The notes under the pieces were generated by a model that ran no database searches, was not told the DNA's origin, and saw only the letters and a program-made list of their open reading frames with translations. A stretch of 64,000 nucleotides of DNA from the NCBI GenBank assembly GCA_051294375.1, contig CM119269.1, forward strand, positions 915,842 through 979,841, read 5' to 3'. How positions within the stretch are numbered: position 1 is the first letter of the stretch; the number at the start of each line of letters is the position of its first letter. Below, in pieces: positions 1-14,000 of the stretch. This DNA comes from Paraspadella gotoi (lineage: Eukaryota > Animalia > Chaetognatha). Made by a program: the position numbers and the translations under genes.

Positions 1-117
1 TCGCCAGGTTTCGATTCCTAAGCAATAAAAACAGTTATTACATCGTAGCGAAGAAGATGATGTACCGAATATAAAAGAAGCAACTGCGGGGAACAGAGGG
101 TTCTTCTGAGAGAGAGA

Positions 118-182
<65 letters not shown>

Positions 183-1629
183 TACCGTTAATGGAACAAG
201 AAAGGATGTGATAGAAGAAACGCGGGCTAAAAAGGTTAGCGACTTGATAGCGTCGTTGTTGTTGTTGATGAGATTTTTTTGTTGTTGCTTTTTGAAAATT
301 TTTGGATCTTTCATCACTAGAAAAAACCACAAATTTCAACCTCAGCATTATATACATGTATCCACTACTAAATATTACTTTACATAGCACATCATATATT
401 TTGAATTTTTAATAAATGACTTCTTAACAAGAATGATATCTAATACCTAATTAGAAAACTTGGGCAGAAAGTTACTTTTAACCTTGCGTTGTATAGATGC
501 TCCCTATATTTCCAGAAGACAACACTAACATCCCTCTCCCCATTACATTATAAAAGAATATACATTATATAAAGAATATAATTAAATCTAATATATAGTG
601 AAATGTATTAAACTTTTACTTTCATGTTTTAATTAATCCAATTTAGTAAAACAAGTAATCTTTGCACCCTATCTCTTTGATCTCCTCTCTCTAGACAATG
701 TCCAGTTTTCCATAACGGCCTTCCGAAAGCTCTGCCTACTTTTTCCAGTGACCCCTATTGAACCCGAAATCGCTCTTTACTCCTCCCGATATCCCGGCCG
801 CGACCCCGAGACCCTTGTCCAAATGACCCCTTCTCGTTCTCTCTTCGCGTAGGAGGGCTTATTGGAGCAGAGTCGAGTGGAGCGGGAGAGAGGGAGGCTT
901 TGTGTAGTAGATTGGGGTATCGTGTAGAGCAGGAGTTTGAACTCGAGTTAAAATTTGATTGGAAGGACAAGAATTGGAGGCGAGCGGACGATAGCATTGT
1001 CTACTTAGTAGCTTTAAGAGTGGTGTCGAAGCAGTGTGGTCCAAGACTCCGTTGCCTTGTCGAGGGAAGTGTCATTGGCTAAAGTGTGGTGAGAAAGACT
1101 GTGGCCCAGTGGAGTGTGTCACCTCACCTCTCACCGAAACCATTAAAGCGTGAAGCCGAAATGGAAGTCGGCGCTTTTTATCACAGGAGCGAATCTCTTC
1201 TTCTTCCTTCTGGTTTTTTTTTATTCTTATTTTCTTTTTAGATCAGAATTAAAAAAATGGTTTCGCTTCGGAGGTTTTTCTTTTCGCTAATCCGAGACGG
1301 CGTCTCGCCGTTGCTACTGGCAACGGGCCATTAGCGTCGCCTTGATTTTGTTTATTTACTCGTTGAGATTTTTTTGCTTTTACGTTGGTGGAAAAAAAGG
1401 AAAGAGGTTCTTTTTAAGTGCCTAGGAATAGTTTTAATGTTATTGTGATTTACAGACTTCCCTTGAAAGTTGGCGAGGTCATTAAATATTAATTATTTAT
1501 CATTAATTATTCATTAAATTTTACGAACATTTTTCCGTTTTTATAGCAGGCTGCTAAGAAAGAGAGAAAGAGAGATTTTTGATTTGACGTGAACCTCTCT
1601 CTTAATTATTCACGAAAGCGGAAGTACAA

Positions 1630-1734
<105 letters not shown>

Positions 1735-1759
1735 AAATCTTTAACCTTTCCCCAATCAG

Positions 1760-2013
1760 GTCTTAAAGAGGTGGAGTTAAAGGTGACGGTGTGCTGCTGG
1801 GATGGAGTCTCCCTTCACTGTCCCTTGGGGTCGGCGAGATTCGCCCTCGACGAAGGCATCGGCGACGACGACGACGACGACAACAAGAAGACGAACGACG
1901 ACAACGGGAACGATTCCACCTTGACGTCCGGTCGCTCCTCCATCAATCACTTCGTCGAGGTCCAGCGAAATCCGAGAAAGACGATCGCCAGATGGCACAC
2001 GCTGTCCGCCTAA
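1760..2013 (+). CDS. Terminal exon of a synaptotagmin-like protein (end of C2B domain); upstream exons not identified
   Basis: A (CT)n tract and cag acceptor end at 1759. The exon reads LKEVELKVTVCCWD...PLGSARF...HFVEVQRNPRKTIARWHTLSA*, matching the synaptotagmin C-terminus pattern HWxxMxxNPRRPIAxWHxL. Confidence 0.8.
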
Positions 2014-2537
2014 AAAGTGGCAGAGTGTCCACTGTCCAATTCGTGTCAAACAAAACTGGCAACCAACCCAAAATTGACTTTTCTTTTCCCCATTTTGATT
2101 TTGATTTCAAACAAAACGATAAAAACTCCTTCCTTTTTTTTGTGTCTTTGTTTATTTTAATTTCTCAATTTTATGAAAAACTATTCTCGTCAGAGTTCTT
2201 GTCACAAAATGTTTTTAAGATCACCGAGTATCTTTTTTCTTGTGAAAGAAAACCTTAAGATGTACGAGCACGACACAAAAAAGCGTGGGATTATATTAAA
2301 TTTAAAACGCGTTCAATTGTGATAATCTTCTCGGCAAATAAATGTACTTCACACGCTAATGACGTTTTTTTTCTGAATTATTTTTTACAAGATAGCTTTA
2401 AGAACTTAATCCATTTAAGAACTTAATCCATTCATCTCAAATATGCTAAAGATTAAGGTATTTGAAATCAACATCATTTACGGATAGTAGGATCCCTTAA
2501 GGAGTGAGTTAATTAATCGAAAAAGTGAAATACAAAT

Positions 2538-2580
<43 letters not shown>

Positions 2581-2879
2581 CCAAATCAAAGATCGGAATT
2601 TCTGTGTGACTCAGATCCTTTTCCGTCATCAAACAAATGCGGGTCAAACCAGCAAATCGCGTCCCCGATTAAAGCAAACAACATCCGGGTTTCTCTCCTT
2701 AAAGTCAACAACATCCGGGTTTCTCTCCTTCCAAAACAAACAAAACGTCGACCGGAAAATAATTCGCGATTAAACATATAAACAAACGGAAATAGAAAAG
2801 AGAGAAACCTAGAACAAACAAAAAAAAAAAAAAAAGAATCTCGCTCTTTTTCGATTCCATCCCCGGCGCCGCCTTTGCG

Positions 2880-3176
2880 ATGTCGGCGTCGTTGGAAGAG
2901 AATTCGACGACGGAGACGGAACTGGCGCCGCTCTGGACGTCGCCCGGAACGCCGTGGGCCGCCGTCGTCTGCTTGGCGTTCCCCGTCGCCTTCAACGTCG
3001 TCGTTGTCGTCGCTTTCGTCGAATTGAAGAACCGACGTCGATCGAGACGATTTCGCGGGATGGAAATTCACTTGAGTCTCCTCGCCATTTCCGACGTGGC
3101 GCTCGTCGGAGTCTACGCCCCCTTCATCGTTTTTAATGAGGTTGGCGCTGAGGAGAGAGAGAGAGAGGGGAGGGAG

Positions 3177-3220
<44 letters not shown>

Positions 3221-3396
3221 TAAGAGAGAGAGAGAGAGAGAAGAGAGAGAACGAAAAAAGAAAGAAAAGAAGAGAGAGAAGAAAGCGAAAGAAAGAGAGA
3301 GAGGGAGAGAAGAGAGAGAAGAGAGAAAAAGAAAGAAAGAAAGAAAGAAAAGAGAGAGAGTAGAGACGAGAGAGAGAGAGGAGAGTGAGAGAGAGC

Positions 3397-3445
<49 letters not shown>

Positions 3446-6400
3446 AAAGCGAAAAGAAAAGGAAAAGAGAGCAGAGAAGAGAGGTTCATTCTGGACAGTT
3501 GCGACAGATTCCATTTCCACTTCGACGCGACGACGACGACGACGACGACGACGACCACGACCACGACGACGACGAAGTTATAGTCAGGGGAATAAGGGAA
3601 TGAGATTTTTTTCTCTTCTTTTTTTCGAATTGATTGAAGAGGTGAACGAGCAGAAGTCGTATAAGGTTGTCATAAGTTCGTAACTCCGCCTGTCACAATA
3701 TGACACATGCCGAGAACGCTCTTTGATTATCGCATAAATACATACATAATAAAAGTTGACTTGGTTTTGTTGACGTGATTAAGAAGTAATTCCAATTGTC
3801 TTTGCTTTCTCCCCTTAAAAACGAAACTGACGCATCACTCGCGATGATAACATTAACCATTCATACTTTAACCATTAACCCACGTGACGCTCTTCGGTCT
3901 CAGCTGCACAACGGAGGTGGAAAGATCAGCGTCACTTCCTGGGCGATCATCAACTTTTTCTTGAGGTGACAGTAGACGCCTTTTTAGTTTCACATTAAAG
4001 TTTACGTTGATATCAAATATGTGTGGGGCGGTGATAGTTGAGAATGAAGAAAATGGAATGCGGATAAAGAAAGAGAGAGAATAAAAGAGAGAGGGAAAAA
4101 GAAAGAGAAAAAAAGAAAAGAAAGAAAATAAAAGGAGGCGAATTGAATGAGACAAGGTCGTTCAACTGGATTGTTGGCAATTTCACCGTCTCAAGTCTCT
4201 TTCCAACGGCCATTCAGAGAACGACGTCTCCACCACCATCGACTGCCACCCAACCCACCCTTTTTCTTCATCCTCAGATTCTTCACCAGCCTCAACCGCG
4301 TCCTCACCATCTTCATCGCCGCCTCGCGCTGCTGCGACGTCGCCGCCGCCCGCCGCGGCGCCGTGCGGCTGCGGCCGAGAACGTCGGCGGCGCACCTTCG
4401 TCGTGCCGCGGGGCTGGGCGTGGCCCCGGGAGTGGCGTTGGGGGCGTTCGGAGGTGGGTGGCGCGTCCACGACATCGTCGACGGCGTCGCCGAGGGCGGA
4501 GACAGGACGCCGCTGATTCTTTACTTCGTCGGTTACCTGGCCTTCGTGGGAGTCATGATCGGCGCCACTGGGTGAAGAGAAGAATGAATGGAACGAATGA
4601 ATCAATTGGGTTAGGAAATGATTCAGTTCACTTTTTAAAAAAATGAAGTATAATGGGATTGAGATAATCGAAACTACGTGGTACATATTCTTTCTGCGAG
4701 ATAATATTAATAATAATAAATGTTAATAAATTGATGAATAAATTTCAAAAAAATTTAAAACATTAATAAATGCACTGAATGATTTGAATACATAGCAAGA
4801 ACGGTAATTCAAATATGTTTCGCTACAGTGACTTTCTTAGCACGTGAAAATTTTCGGGTTATCACGTGACTACATAAGTATGAAATATATGGGTTGCAAA
4901 CGTTATATGGTTGATCACTTAGTGCAAAGTTTTCACTAAAACAACAAAAGATTACAATATTTACAATATCACAAAAAGCATTTACCAATAAATCATCAGT
5001 CTGCTAAGTATTATCCTAAATGACTAATTATTTCATGAATCAATTTGGTCATGTGATCCCTTTTTAAGAGATCGTGAGACTTCACAAGTATGATACAAAT
5101 GGATAGTTGGATACATATGCACGTGAAAGATCTTTGGTACCTTTTCTACAAATATGAAATAGACTCATTGATGCAGTATTACCCGACTTGCATATTGAAA
5201 TGTTAAGCATTTAAAATGTAAGTGGATAGACTAAAGGAAAGACCGACCGACCGCAACTAAAAAGGTGAGATTTGGGATCAACTTATCGGAGGAGATGAGA
5301 CATTTTTTTTGGGGGGGGGAATTCGCTATCTTCGCGACCTTCGACCTTCTGGTGCCAGATCGACCGATTGCTTTGAGAACCTTAACCCTTTTCTACATTC
5401 TGACCCACTTTTATGAATTCATGCTGAACAAGAAAAAGATTCGAAACCGAATACGAGCTAACTGTAGTTATATAAGAGATAAATATAAAAAAAGAAGAAA
5501 TATAAGAGACAGTTGTTTATAAAATGGCAAAAAAAAATGTATGATTTTTTCACGTCGTATTTGTTCAATTAAATAAGACGTGTTTTACATTGTAATTGTA
5601 AGATATTGTTTTATATTTTCTAGTTGATATTGTATTATGTTTTAAATAGTTTTTCTGTGACTCTACAATTCACGTTATTTCCAATTATTTCACACTCAGT
5701 CTTTGTTTTCAGATACATAGTCGCCCGTGGTCGCACTGTGGAATCCTCGTCGTCCGAAGCGTCGCTTCATCGAATGGTCGTCGTCGTCGCCGTCATCTTT
5801 TGCGTCTCCAATCTGCCGGAAGTGGTGCTGCTCGCCTGCTCTGCCGCTGCGACGACAGCCAAGTTCTAGACTTTTATCACCGCAGCGGGGAGTCCTGGTG
5901 CAGCTTAGGTTCGACGCGTTTGTTTGTTTGTTTCATATTTTTTGGTTAACTTTTTACAAATTTTTTTTTCGTTTTTAATTATTTAAAATAATCATTATAA
6001 CATAATATTTGCATTTCAAAAAAGTGATCTTTTTTATCATAGTTTTATTATTTATTGGTTTAGTAATTCGTAAATCTTTTACGACATGAAAACAATTTTA
6101 AATATTGTTTACTGTTATTATTTTATCATCATTATTATTTTTTCTCTCTCTCCCTTCTTTTAAACGCATTTTGCAGACTTATGTATGTATGTATGTTTTT
6201 TTAAATTTTATTGAATCAACCTTGTTGCATTCGAATAAAAACGCTTATTTTATCTTTTCTTTCATTCTCCTTCCCAAGTCACGCGGGAACAATTCTCAAT
6301 TCCTCTCTCAACCTTTTCATCTACTGCTCCATCGGCGCCGCCTTCAGAGACGCCGCCCTTGATGTCGTCCTCCGCTGCGTCGGGCTGCGGCGAAACGGAC

Positions 6401-6531
6401 GGGCGGTGCCCTCGTTTCCCCTGAGCAGCAGCGGAGTCTCGACGGCCATCAGGGGCTCTAGTTGGGGCGCGGCTTCGCTTTTCAGAATCGGAAGTTGGCG
6501 ACGTGAGACGAGGACCGAAAACGTGACGTGA
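2880..6531 (+). CDS. Rhodopsin-like (class A) GPCR, peptide/FMRFamide-receptor-like; 5 exons, with a frameshift in exon 4
   Basis: Exons 2880-3140, 3904-3965, 4278-4571, 5713-5908 and 6279-6531 have phase-compatible GT-AG junctions. Motifs: TM1 Asn (FNVVV), TM2 LAISD, TM3 LTIFIAASRC, TM6 IFCVSNLP, TM7 LNSSLNLFIYC, and helix-8 FR. An in-frame TAG at 5867 requires a net +1 shift. Confidence 0.85.
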
Positions 6532-7270
6532 CAGATTTGGATCTCAATGTGTAACACAATTCATCTCGACTCGGAAATATTTGCTGCATCGGGAGTTTGA
6601 CTGTCGATTCGTGTTTTATTATACAAAAATCTAATTTTTTTTTTATCCAACTGTTATCGTTTTTTAGAGTTGCTTTATAGCCATTATGGCCAAGTTGTCT
6701 TGCTATTTTGTTGAATTGACAACCTACCCAAAAACGTTGAAGTAGAGCGAGCGCTCTTCGAGTAAGCGACGAAAATCTACAACAAAACAAAAAGATAATG
6801 TTTCAAATTTGATTTCCCCCCCCTAAGTTTTTCTTAATTCTTAAAAAAATTTTAACTGATTTAATAAAAGTTAAAGCTCTTTAGTAGTTTAAATCCCATT
6901 TTTAGAAGGAAAATAAAAGTTATTGATAACCAGAAATAAAATTAAATACAAAACGGAATTAATTTTTTTTACAGACGAAGTTAAACAGGCTCAAAAGTCA
7001 AACATGAATGTATGTCATACGTCTGAGAACTAATTGGATAACTATCAGACAAGATAATTAAATCTTTAATTTTAATCAGTGACAGTGAAGCGAAAATTTA
7101 AAAGTCTTTATCGAATAGGTTTAAGTTCAAGAAGAATTAAATCGCGAAGTCAGTTAGTTTTTCTTTATCTTCAACTTCAAGATATTTTATTATCAAAAAA
7201 TCAATTATATCTAAAGAAAAATAAAAATGTAATTATAAAAAATAAACTGAAAAAAGGAAAATTTAAAAGA

Positions 7271-10080
7271 ATGGCTCACTATTTAAAAGTGCACAGTAGA
7301 AACTTCACAGAAGTAAGTATACTAAGTATATTTGACTAGTGGAACACGGGAAAATATTTTCTCTAACGTTTTTTAATGACCGCGGGAATTATCTTCATTC
7401 AACCTTTAAAGCTCAATTTTAATTTAACTATACATTATGCATATTTAAGTTTTATGTTTTAATGATGAGAAATTAATCTATAGGATTCCTCGGATGAAGA
7501 AAAGGAAGCCAAAACACCTGGAATCGTTAGAGAGGGTGAGACTGATTCCGGCAAATTCAATGTGACCCTCAATTTGTAGTCGGTTTTAAATCTTAGACAG
7601 TTTACGAAACTGCCGAACAGCTTACTACCAAAGATATCACGATCACTTTCACGGAAGTTCGGACTCCGAAGATGAGGTATTTGTTTGTTTTGAAATAAAA
7701 AAAATAAACAAAAAAATACGGATGGTTTCGGGCTTTATAGTGAAACGCATTCGGTTGGGAATCGTTTCATGCTTCGGATTTGTAACGAAAAATGCGAACC
7801 GGTTTCGGATCTTCCGTTTGGTAGGCTGAACATCAAGTCAAAACTGACCCATGGTCACGCTGACTAAGAGTCTCGGGGATAATTTTTCGATAAATTGACT
7901 TCTTATTCTTTTCACGAAAAAAGTTTCATGAATCGTCTAAAACTCGACGCTATGGTGAGTTTTTCTCTCGACATCGGCAAAAACGAAAACTCAACGACAG
8001 TAAGAAAAATAAAATTAAGACAATTTTTTAATGGCAGTATGTTGTATATATTTACTGAATAAAGAATGAACAGATAAATTAAAATAATCGGTCTCATATT
8101 CTCCTCGCTTAATTTATTTTCTTTTAGGAAGAAGAAAATAAACCGTTTAAGCTGACCCAAAAGGTACAGACTATGGGTCAATACTTGAAAAGAAAATTAT
8201 CGGGAGTCAAAGGGCATAAAGGTTCTGGGGAATCCAGTCCTTTGTTGAATGAAGATACGATGGTAAGTTTAAATGATTAATTTTTTTTTCTGCATTCGAA
8301 TTTAATAAAATGAAAATATGCTTTTTTTTGGGGGGGTTACGATTATAACGTTAAAATCGAAGATTTCTCTAGCCTATTAACATATACTCGGGGGATGAAC
8401 TTTTTGCAATTGTTGAGCAATGTTAAAAAGCAAAAAATTATGAATAAGTCCCGACTTTCGAGGTGGCGACATACGAATCGCGGGAAAGTACGGAGCGGGA
8501 GAATTTGAAGGGACGGCGGATTGAATCAGGTGAATCCAACCAGGTCTCTTATTCTTCGAACGCGCCTTCGTCGGCCGCTGCGGAAGTCGTCTTCCAAGTC
8601 CGAGACGAAGGGTTCCAGTCGCAGTCAGTGAGCGTTCTCGACGGACCCAAGAAAGGTGAGTTGTTAATCTTTTTATACCGTACATTGTGCGAACAAATTA
8701 TGAGAACTTATTTTTTTCAGATATGTTTAAAAATCAAGTTTGTTATTACAAGTTCTTTAATGTTTTATCTGGCATTACTTCACTTTCGCCGACTGTAACC
8801 TACCCACTATCTACCCAGTCGGTTATTTTTTTACTCGCGTATATCATTACCTTTTTTAGGTTAGGGATTATATGATAGTTATTGGCTAGGGGTTAGTAGT
8901 AGTTAAAGGTAGTTAAGGGTAGTTAAGGTTAAGTTTGGGGTGATGAGGATTAAGACTATTTAGTGGAGGTTAGGGTTAGGAGTGCTTATTGGTTAGGGTT
9001 ATGGGTGGTTTTTGAAAACAAGTTTTTGTATTCTTACCAGTGTTCTTCTTTTCTTTTTTCCGTAATGAAATTTATATTTATTGTTGCTTTTAAGAAGCAG
9101 AAAAAAATCGTTGACTGGAAAATCCTAAACAGTCAATGTAAAATTTTGCCTTTTATCTCATAAGATTATTTTTCTCGCTGAATATTGCAGTTGATGAATT
9201 CGTAACAAAAGAACATTAATATAGTTTTATAATCGAAGTTAAATTCGACTGAATAGAGAAAAAAACATAAAGATCGCGGGGATAAAAATAATTGTTTTAT
9301 CTTCTCTTTCACGACCCCTTCGCGCCTCTCCACCTTCTCCACGACCCCCTTTGAACAGGCCGTCTCCTCCGCAACTTCTCCTCGCCCTCTCGGAGCCCCC
9401 TCCTTCGCGCGGGCAATTCCGTTCCTTCCCTTCTCCACCAGGCGGCAGCACCGGCCGAGGATGCCGGAGTCTCTGACGAAGAACCCGATCAGTTCTCGTC
9501 TTACTCGCTTCCCTCGCGGCGATCCTCCTATCGCGCCGGGACGTCCGTGTCCGATTCCGGCGTTCTCGGCAATTCCAGCTTCTTTTCGCCGCTAGATCTC
9601 GTGGATCAGCACCACGGGACTTACTTTTACGAGCGACAAGTCAGCTTCCTGCTCAAGAACAAGGTGGGTCGCCTGGGCGGAAGGCGGAAAGCGTCTCCGT
9701 CGGTTGAGGCGGCGGAGGCCCTGGGGGAAGGATCCTCCGGGGAAGAGACGTTTGGGCGAGGGGTCTCTGCGAATGCCGACGCATCCGTCGCAGACTCTCG
9801 ACGTCCGCCCTTTCCCCATGCCCCCGGTCCGCAGGCGGTCTCGCCGGAGACGGAACGCGTCACCGAAGCCGCAATCCTCGACAACCGCGTCTTCGAGGAC
9901 GAGGAGGAGGAGAAGCCGACGTCGCCGTCCAAAACGAGGCTGACGAAACGCAAGTACAGGCCTGTCGTTCGTAGCGGCGGATTCAGCCTCGGCGCCATCT
10001 TGCTATTCGCCTGCGCCATTTTGATCTCCGCCTCTGCCGGTCTCGTGATTCTCGTCTGGTGGCACGTTTTCGATTCGTGA
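7271..10080 (+). CDS. Unknown Ser/acidic-rich protein with a single C-terminal transmembrane helix (putative tail-anchored)
   Basis: Exons are approximately 7271-7312, 7484-7535, 7597-7676, 8128-8262, ~8400-8655 and 9359-10080. Junctions are phase-consistent except the unresolved exon 5 acceptor. The protein ends FSLGAILLFACAILISASAGLVILVWWHVFDS*. The start codon is uncertain. Confidence 0.6.
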
Positions 10081-11077
10081 CCATGTTGTGTTTATTCCGT
10101 ATAAATAATTGAAAATACGTATTTTTGTTACGTAGTACCGTAGTACCGTAGTACCTTGTCCCTTTGAGCGGGTCGAAGTTACAATTTATGACATTTAATG
10201 ATAAAAGATGAAATATTTAATGTGATGTACACAACAAATTTTCTTTGTTATATTGTTTTGAGCAAACCCTTGCCGTTATCTAGCGAAATGACAGAGAGAG
10301 AGTGGGAGAGTGAAAGAGTGTGAGTGAGAGAAAAGACATATAATAATAATAATTATAATTGTAATCTGGTTTTGCGAAAAAAAAATTTAAAACGTTGATC
10401 CACTTTAGTTTTATTAATTGTCATCTGTGCATGAGTTAATCAACAATGGTGAAGAAAGAAAGTTGTGGAAACAAGTTGCACAATGAAATTTAAAGCAGCT
10501 ATACAAAATTCAAATAAGCATTGATTCCGTTAAAAACAACTTGAAACAACTTAGAAAATGTTTCAAAAATTTTTAACAAGCAGTTTTATAAAAGATGAGG
10601 TAGGTACAAACAACGTGAAAACAAGCCTTTGCCGAAGTGAAGAAAGAAAATAATAACTTTTAAATTATAAGACGAATGTCTTTAACAATAATAATACCTA
10701 GTTAATATTTTGATCCAGTCTGAACAGTTTTAAAACGATTATTAAAGCATACAATTTTTGCGATTTTCGTACCCAAAAATGTTGCTCTTAAGGCAGACGA
10801 ATAGTTCAATGGTTTCATTGTTTTACCGGTGTAAGTGTGGACAATCAAGCTTCGCACTCAAATATGAGACAAAAACTGAACCATACTGGACTTTCTTTAA
10901 TCAAGGCTCACTTTTTGGATATTTTTGACATCCGTTTTTTTAAGGGATTGTCCCAATAATAATAATAATAATATTATATTATAATTTTGCTATTTGACAC
11001 TACAGCGTGTGAAGTTTGGGCGAATTTAAATATCGTTTGAATCCAATCGTGACTGAAAAATTGTCATAGTTATCACT

Positions 11078-14000
11078 TTACTTTAATGACATGCTCCACG
11101 AGCGAAGACTTCGGTCAGGTAGTCCAATTGTGTTTGCCAAATAAGGACTCGGAGGTGGAACAGCTAAGGATTTGACGTTGGACGCTTTGGGTGATTGATT
11201 CAGATAGCCGAGTGGAGTGTGGATGTTGGTTAAACCCTGCATTGGCGCTTTTAATTGAGTAGTGTGGACGATATTTCCGCTTGTATGAGACATTGATTGT
11301 CTCGATAATGAGTGACTTTCAGTAGCGTTGTGTGCTGCTTTAGGCTTAGAGGGTGGAGCTGAGTTCGGGGCCTTGGAGTGAAATGGGGTGGGGACACGAC
11401 CTTTGGGGACATCCGCTTCAGTATGCGTTAGTCGGATAGATTTTGACGAATGGCCAGATGGTGAATAAAATTCTGGGAGAGAACTGTTGGAGGAAGTAAC
11501 GTTATTCGTTGTAGTGATCGTTACTGTTGAGGATGTATGGGTGGACTTGTGTCTGGAACGATGATCTCTAACAGGCTTGGTCGAAATGTGAGATGATAAA
11601 GGTACTCCTACTTGCTTATGAGCTCTCGCAACCATCGCTTGATGCTTGGCCTTGTTCAGTTCTGTTAACTGCCGACTCTGTTCTACTTGTTGCTTCAACA
11701 GAGCTCTTTCCAGCTTGATAAGCATGCTTTTGGGAACTTGTTCGTTTTGACTCTTTAGTTTCGCGCTTGAATTCTCAGAAATGGCGTTTGGGAGACTCTC
11801 TCTTCTCTTCATGTGGTTCTGATCGGTTAATGAAATGTCTTTTACCGCGACTTCTTGAAGACAGTCTTCCGATTCTTTCAATGCTAAATAAGTCAGAATG
11901 TTGCTTTCATTTACAAATTGTGCTTTAGATCTTTTACCACGCGGTCCAACATAATAAGTATTTTGTATATGATCAGGAATAAAAACTACAGAAGAAAAGG
12001 CTGAATCTAGACTTTTCCTGCTATTGTTCTTGAGCAGATTGGTTGACAAATCCTTGACAAAATTTTGATTCTGTTCCAATTTTTCCCCCAAAACGCTTCT
12101 TTCGCTGCATTCCTCCCTCTTGAGAGATCTGATCCCCAGAAAGGAGTCTTCACCGCGATAATCGTTCGGATCAAGTCCCGCTTCTCCCGTGGAGCACGGG
12201 CGCGACGCGGTCGGCGTTGGCAGAAATCCCTCCTTGCCGCTTACTCTAGAAATACTTTTACCATCGGACGTTTTGAAAAGACCAGCTGCCCAGCTCTGCG
12301 CTCTACGCCAACTGTCCATGCTTACACCGGACAACTGCTGATTTGTCATTGAAATTCCGTCACTGATCGGACGGTGGGAGGCCAACGACGTTGTAACGAA
12401 CGACTGGGGAGAATCTTCTCCCTCGGGTGGCTCCCGCTCAAACGGAATCCCATTCTTGTCCACAACCGATTCAGCATTGGAATAGGTTAATTTATTGTTA
12501 ATGTTTGGATAGTTAAGAAATTGGTTTTGATGAACGGGTTTTGTTGGCTCTGTCATAGACTTAGGGGTCGCACTACACGTTGCTTGATGCCCAGACTCTG
12601 GGTTCTCACAGCCAATCGGACTGACTCGTTGATTTGAGGCAGGCAGAGAAAAGGACCCGACGTCATCCTTTAGTTTTCTTGCTGGCGAAATAGACTGGGA
12701 ATGCACCCCTTTCTTTTTCGGCCTTTCCTTACTTTTGTGAGTGGTTGAAATCTCCGTGTTGCTTTCTTCAATACTTGTTCCAGATTCAGGACGAGAATAT
12801 AACATAGTTGTGGGAGAGGTATAAACGGAAAGAGATGTTTTTGGCTTTGTATACAATTGTGGCGGTGATGATACATTTACTGCAGTTTCGTTTAAGGTTT
12901 GAATGTCACAAACAGAAGTTGTATTGCAAGAGTTTTCCATCTTGGTTGTTGATTTGTTTTCCGAGGAGCTAAGACTGTCTGAGGAAGAAGTTCCTTTTGA
13001 GGTGGAATTGGTCGTACCAGAGGTTGTAGGGTTTGAACTCTGGGATGCTTGACTCTGAGAAACGGCAGTATTGCCACTAGCTCCCCCTAAGAAGATACTA
13101 GCACTTTTATTTAATCTAGTATATGTGGTCAAAAGATCTTCTAGGTCACTCTCAGAGGCATTACTCAGAAAGATTTCAAATTGGTCATGAGGAATTTGGG
13201 ATTTATTGCTCTGGACTCTTTTGTCAAGCAGAAGCTTCTTGTCCAACAAATCTGTTTCCCTGTTGTACAGATTAACAAAATCTCCGAGTTGTTTGGCTAA
13301 AATTCTTTTTCTATCAGTTAAAGGTAATTTGCGGCTAGGTATTACCACCCTAAAACCATTACCCTGATATGAAGAGTTTGTTTGTGAGTTGTTAGACGAA
13401 GAAGAATAAGGAGTAGAATTTATGGATGTTGAATTGGAAACGTGAAGGTTGCTTGCAGCACGTTTTAAAAATCTTAAAACTAGATCCATTTGTTCATTTG
13501 CAGTCAAATCCTCAGGCTCAGCAACTTCACTCTTATCAGTAGTGGGCATCCTCTCCTGCAATAACCTTTGCTGGACCCTCTGCAAATACATAGAAAAAGC
13601 CTGCCGAGCTTGGATCTTATTTAGTGTCATTCCGCTTTCTAACATGGATATGAGTTGTTCACATTTTAACAGTGGAGGGCTGTCTACAGTAACTCCTTGT
13701 ACTGTACCAGTTGCTTGTAATCCTTTAGAACCATTCAAAACTTTGTGTCTCGGTCTCTCACTGCTTGGTTTATCTGGACGGTACACGGGGCCACTGTAGG
13801 CAAAAATGTTAGCATCAAAAGAATCATGTTGCTCTAACCGACCACTTTGTTGCAATAGGTGCCGTGCACTTGGACAATTAACAGGTTTTGGCTCAATGAC
13901 ATGGCCCCCGTTGAAAGAGTTTTGTCGTTGAGCCAAAGAAGCTGATCGAAAGTGTAGCTGCTCAGAGGATGTGCCTCTGCATAAACTTCTGTCTGTTGTA

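Noticed and set aside
3141-3683. Long ER/SL-rich ORFs (also 38984-39727, 58038-58925, 60121-61228)
   Set aside because: These are translations of GA/CT and TTTC microsatellites in introns or intergenic DNA.
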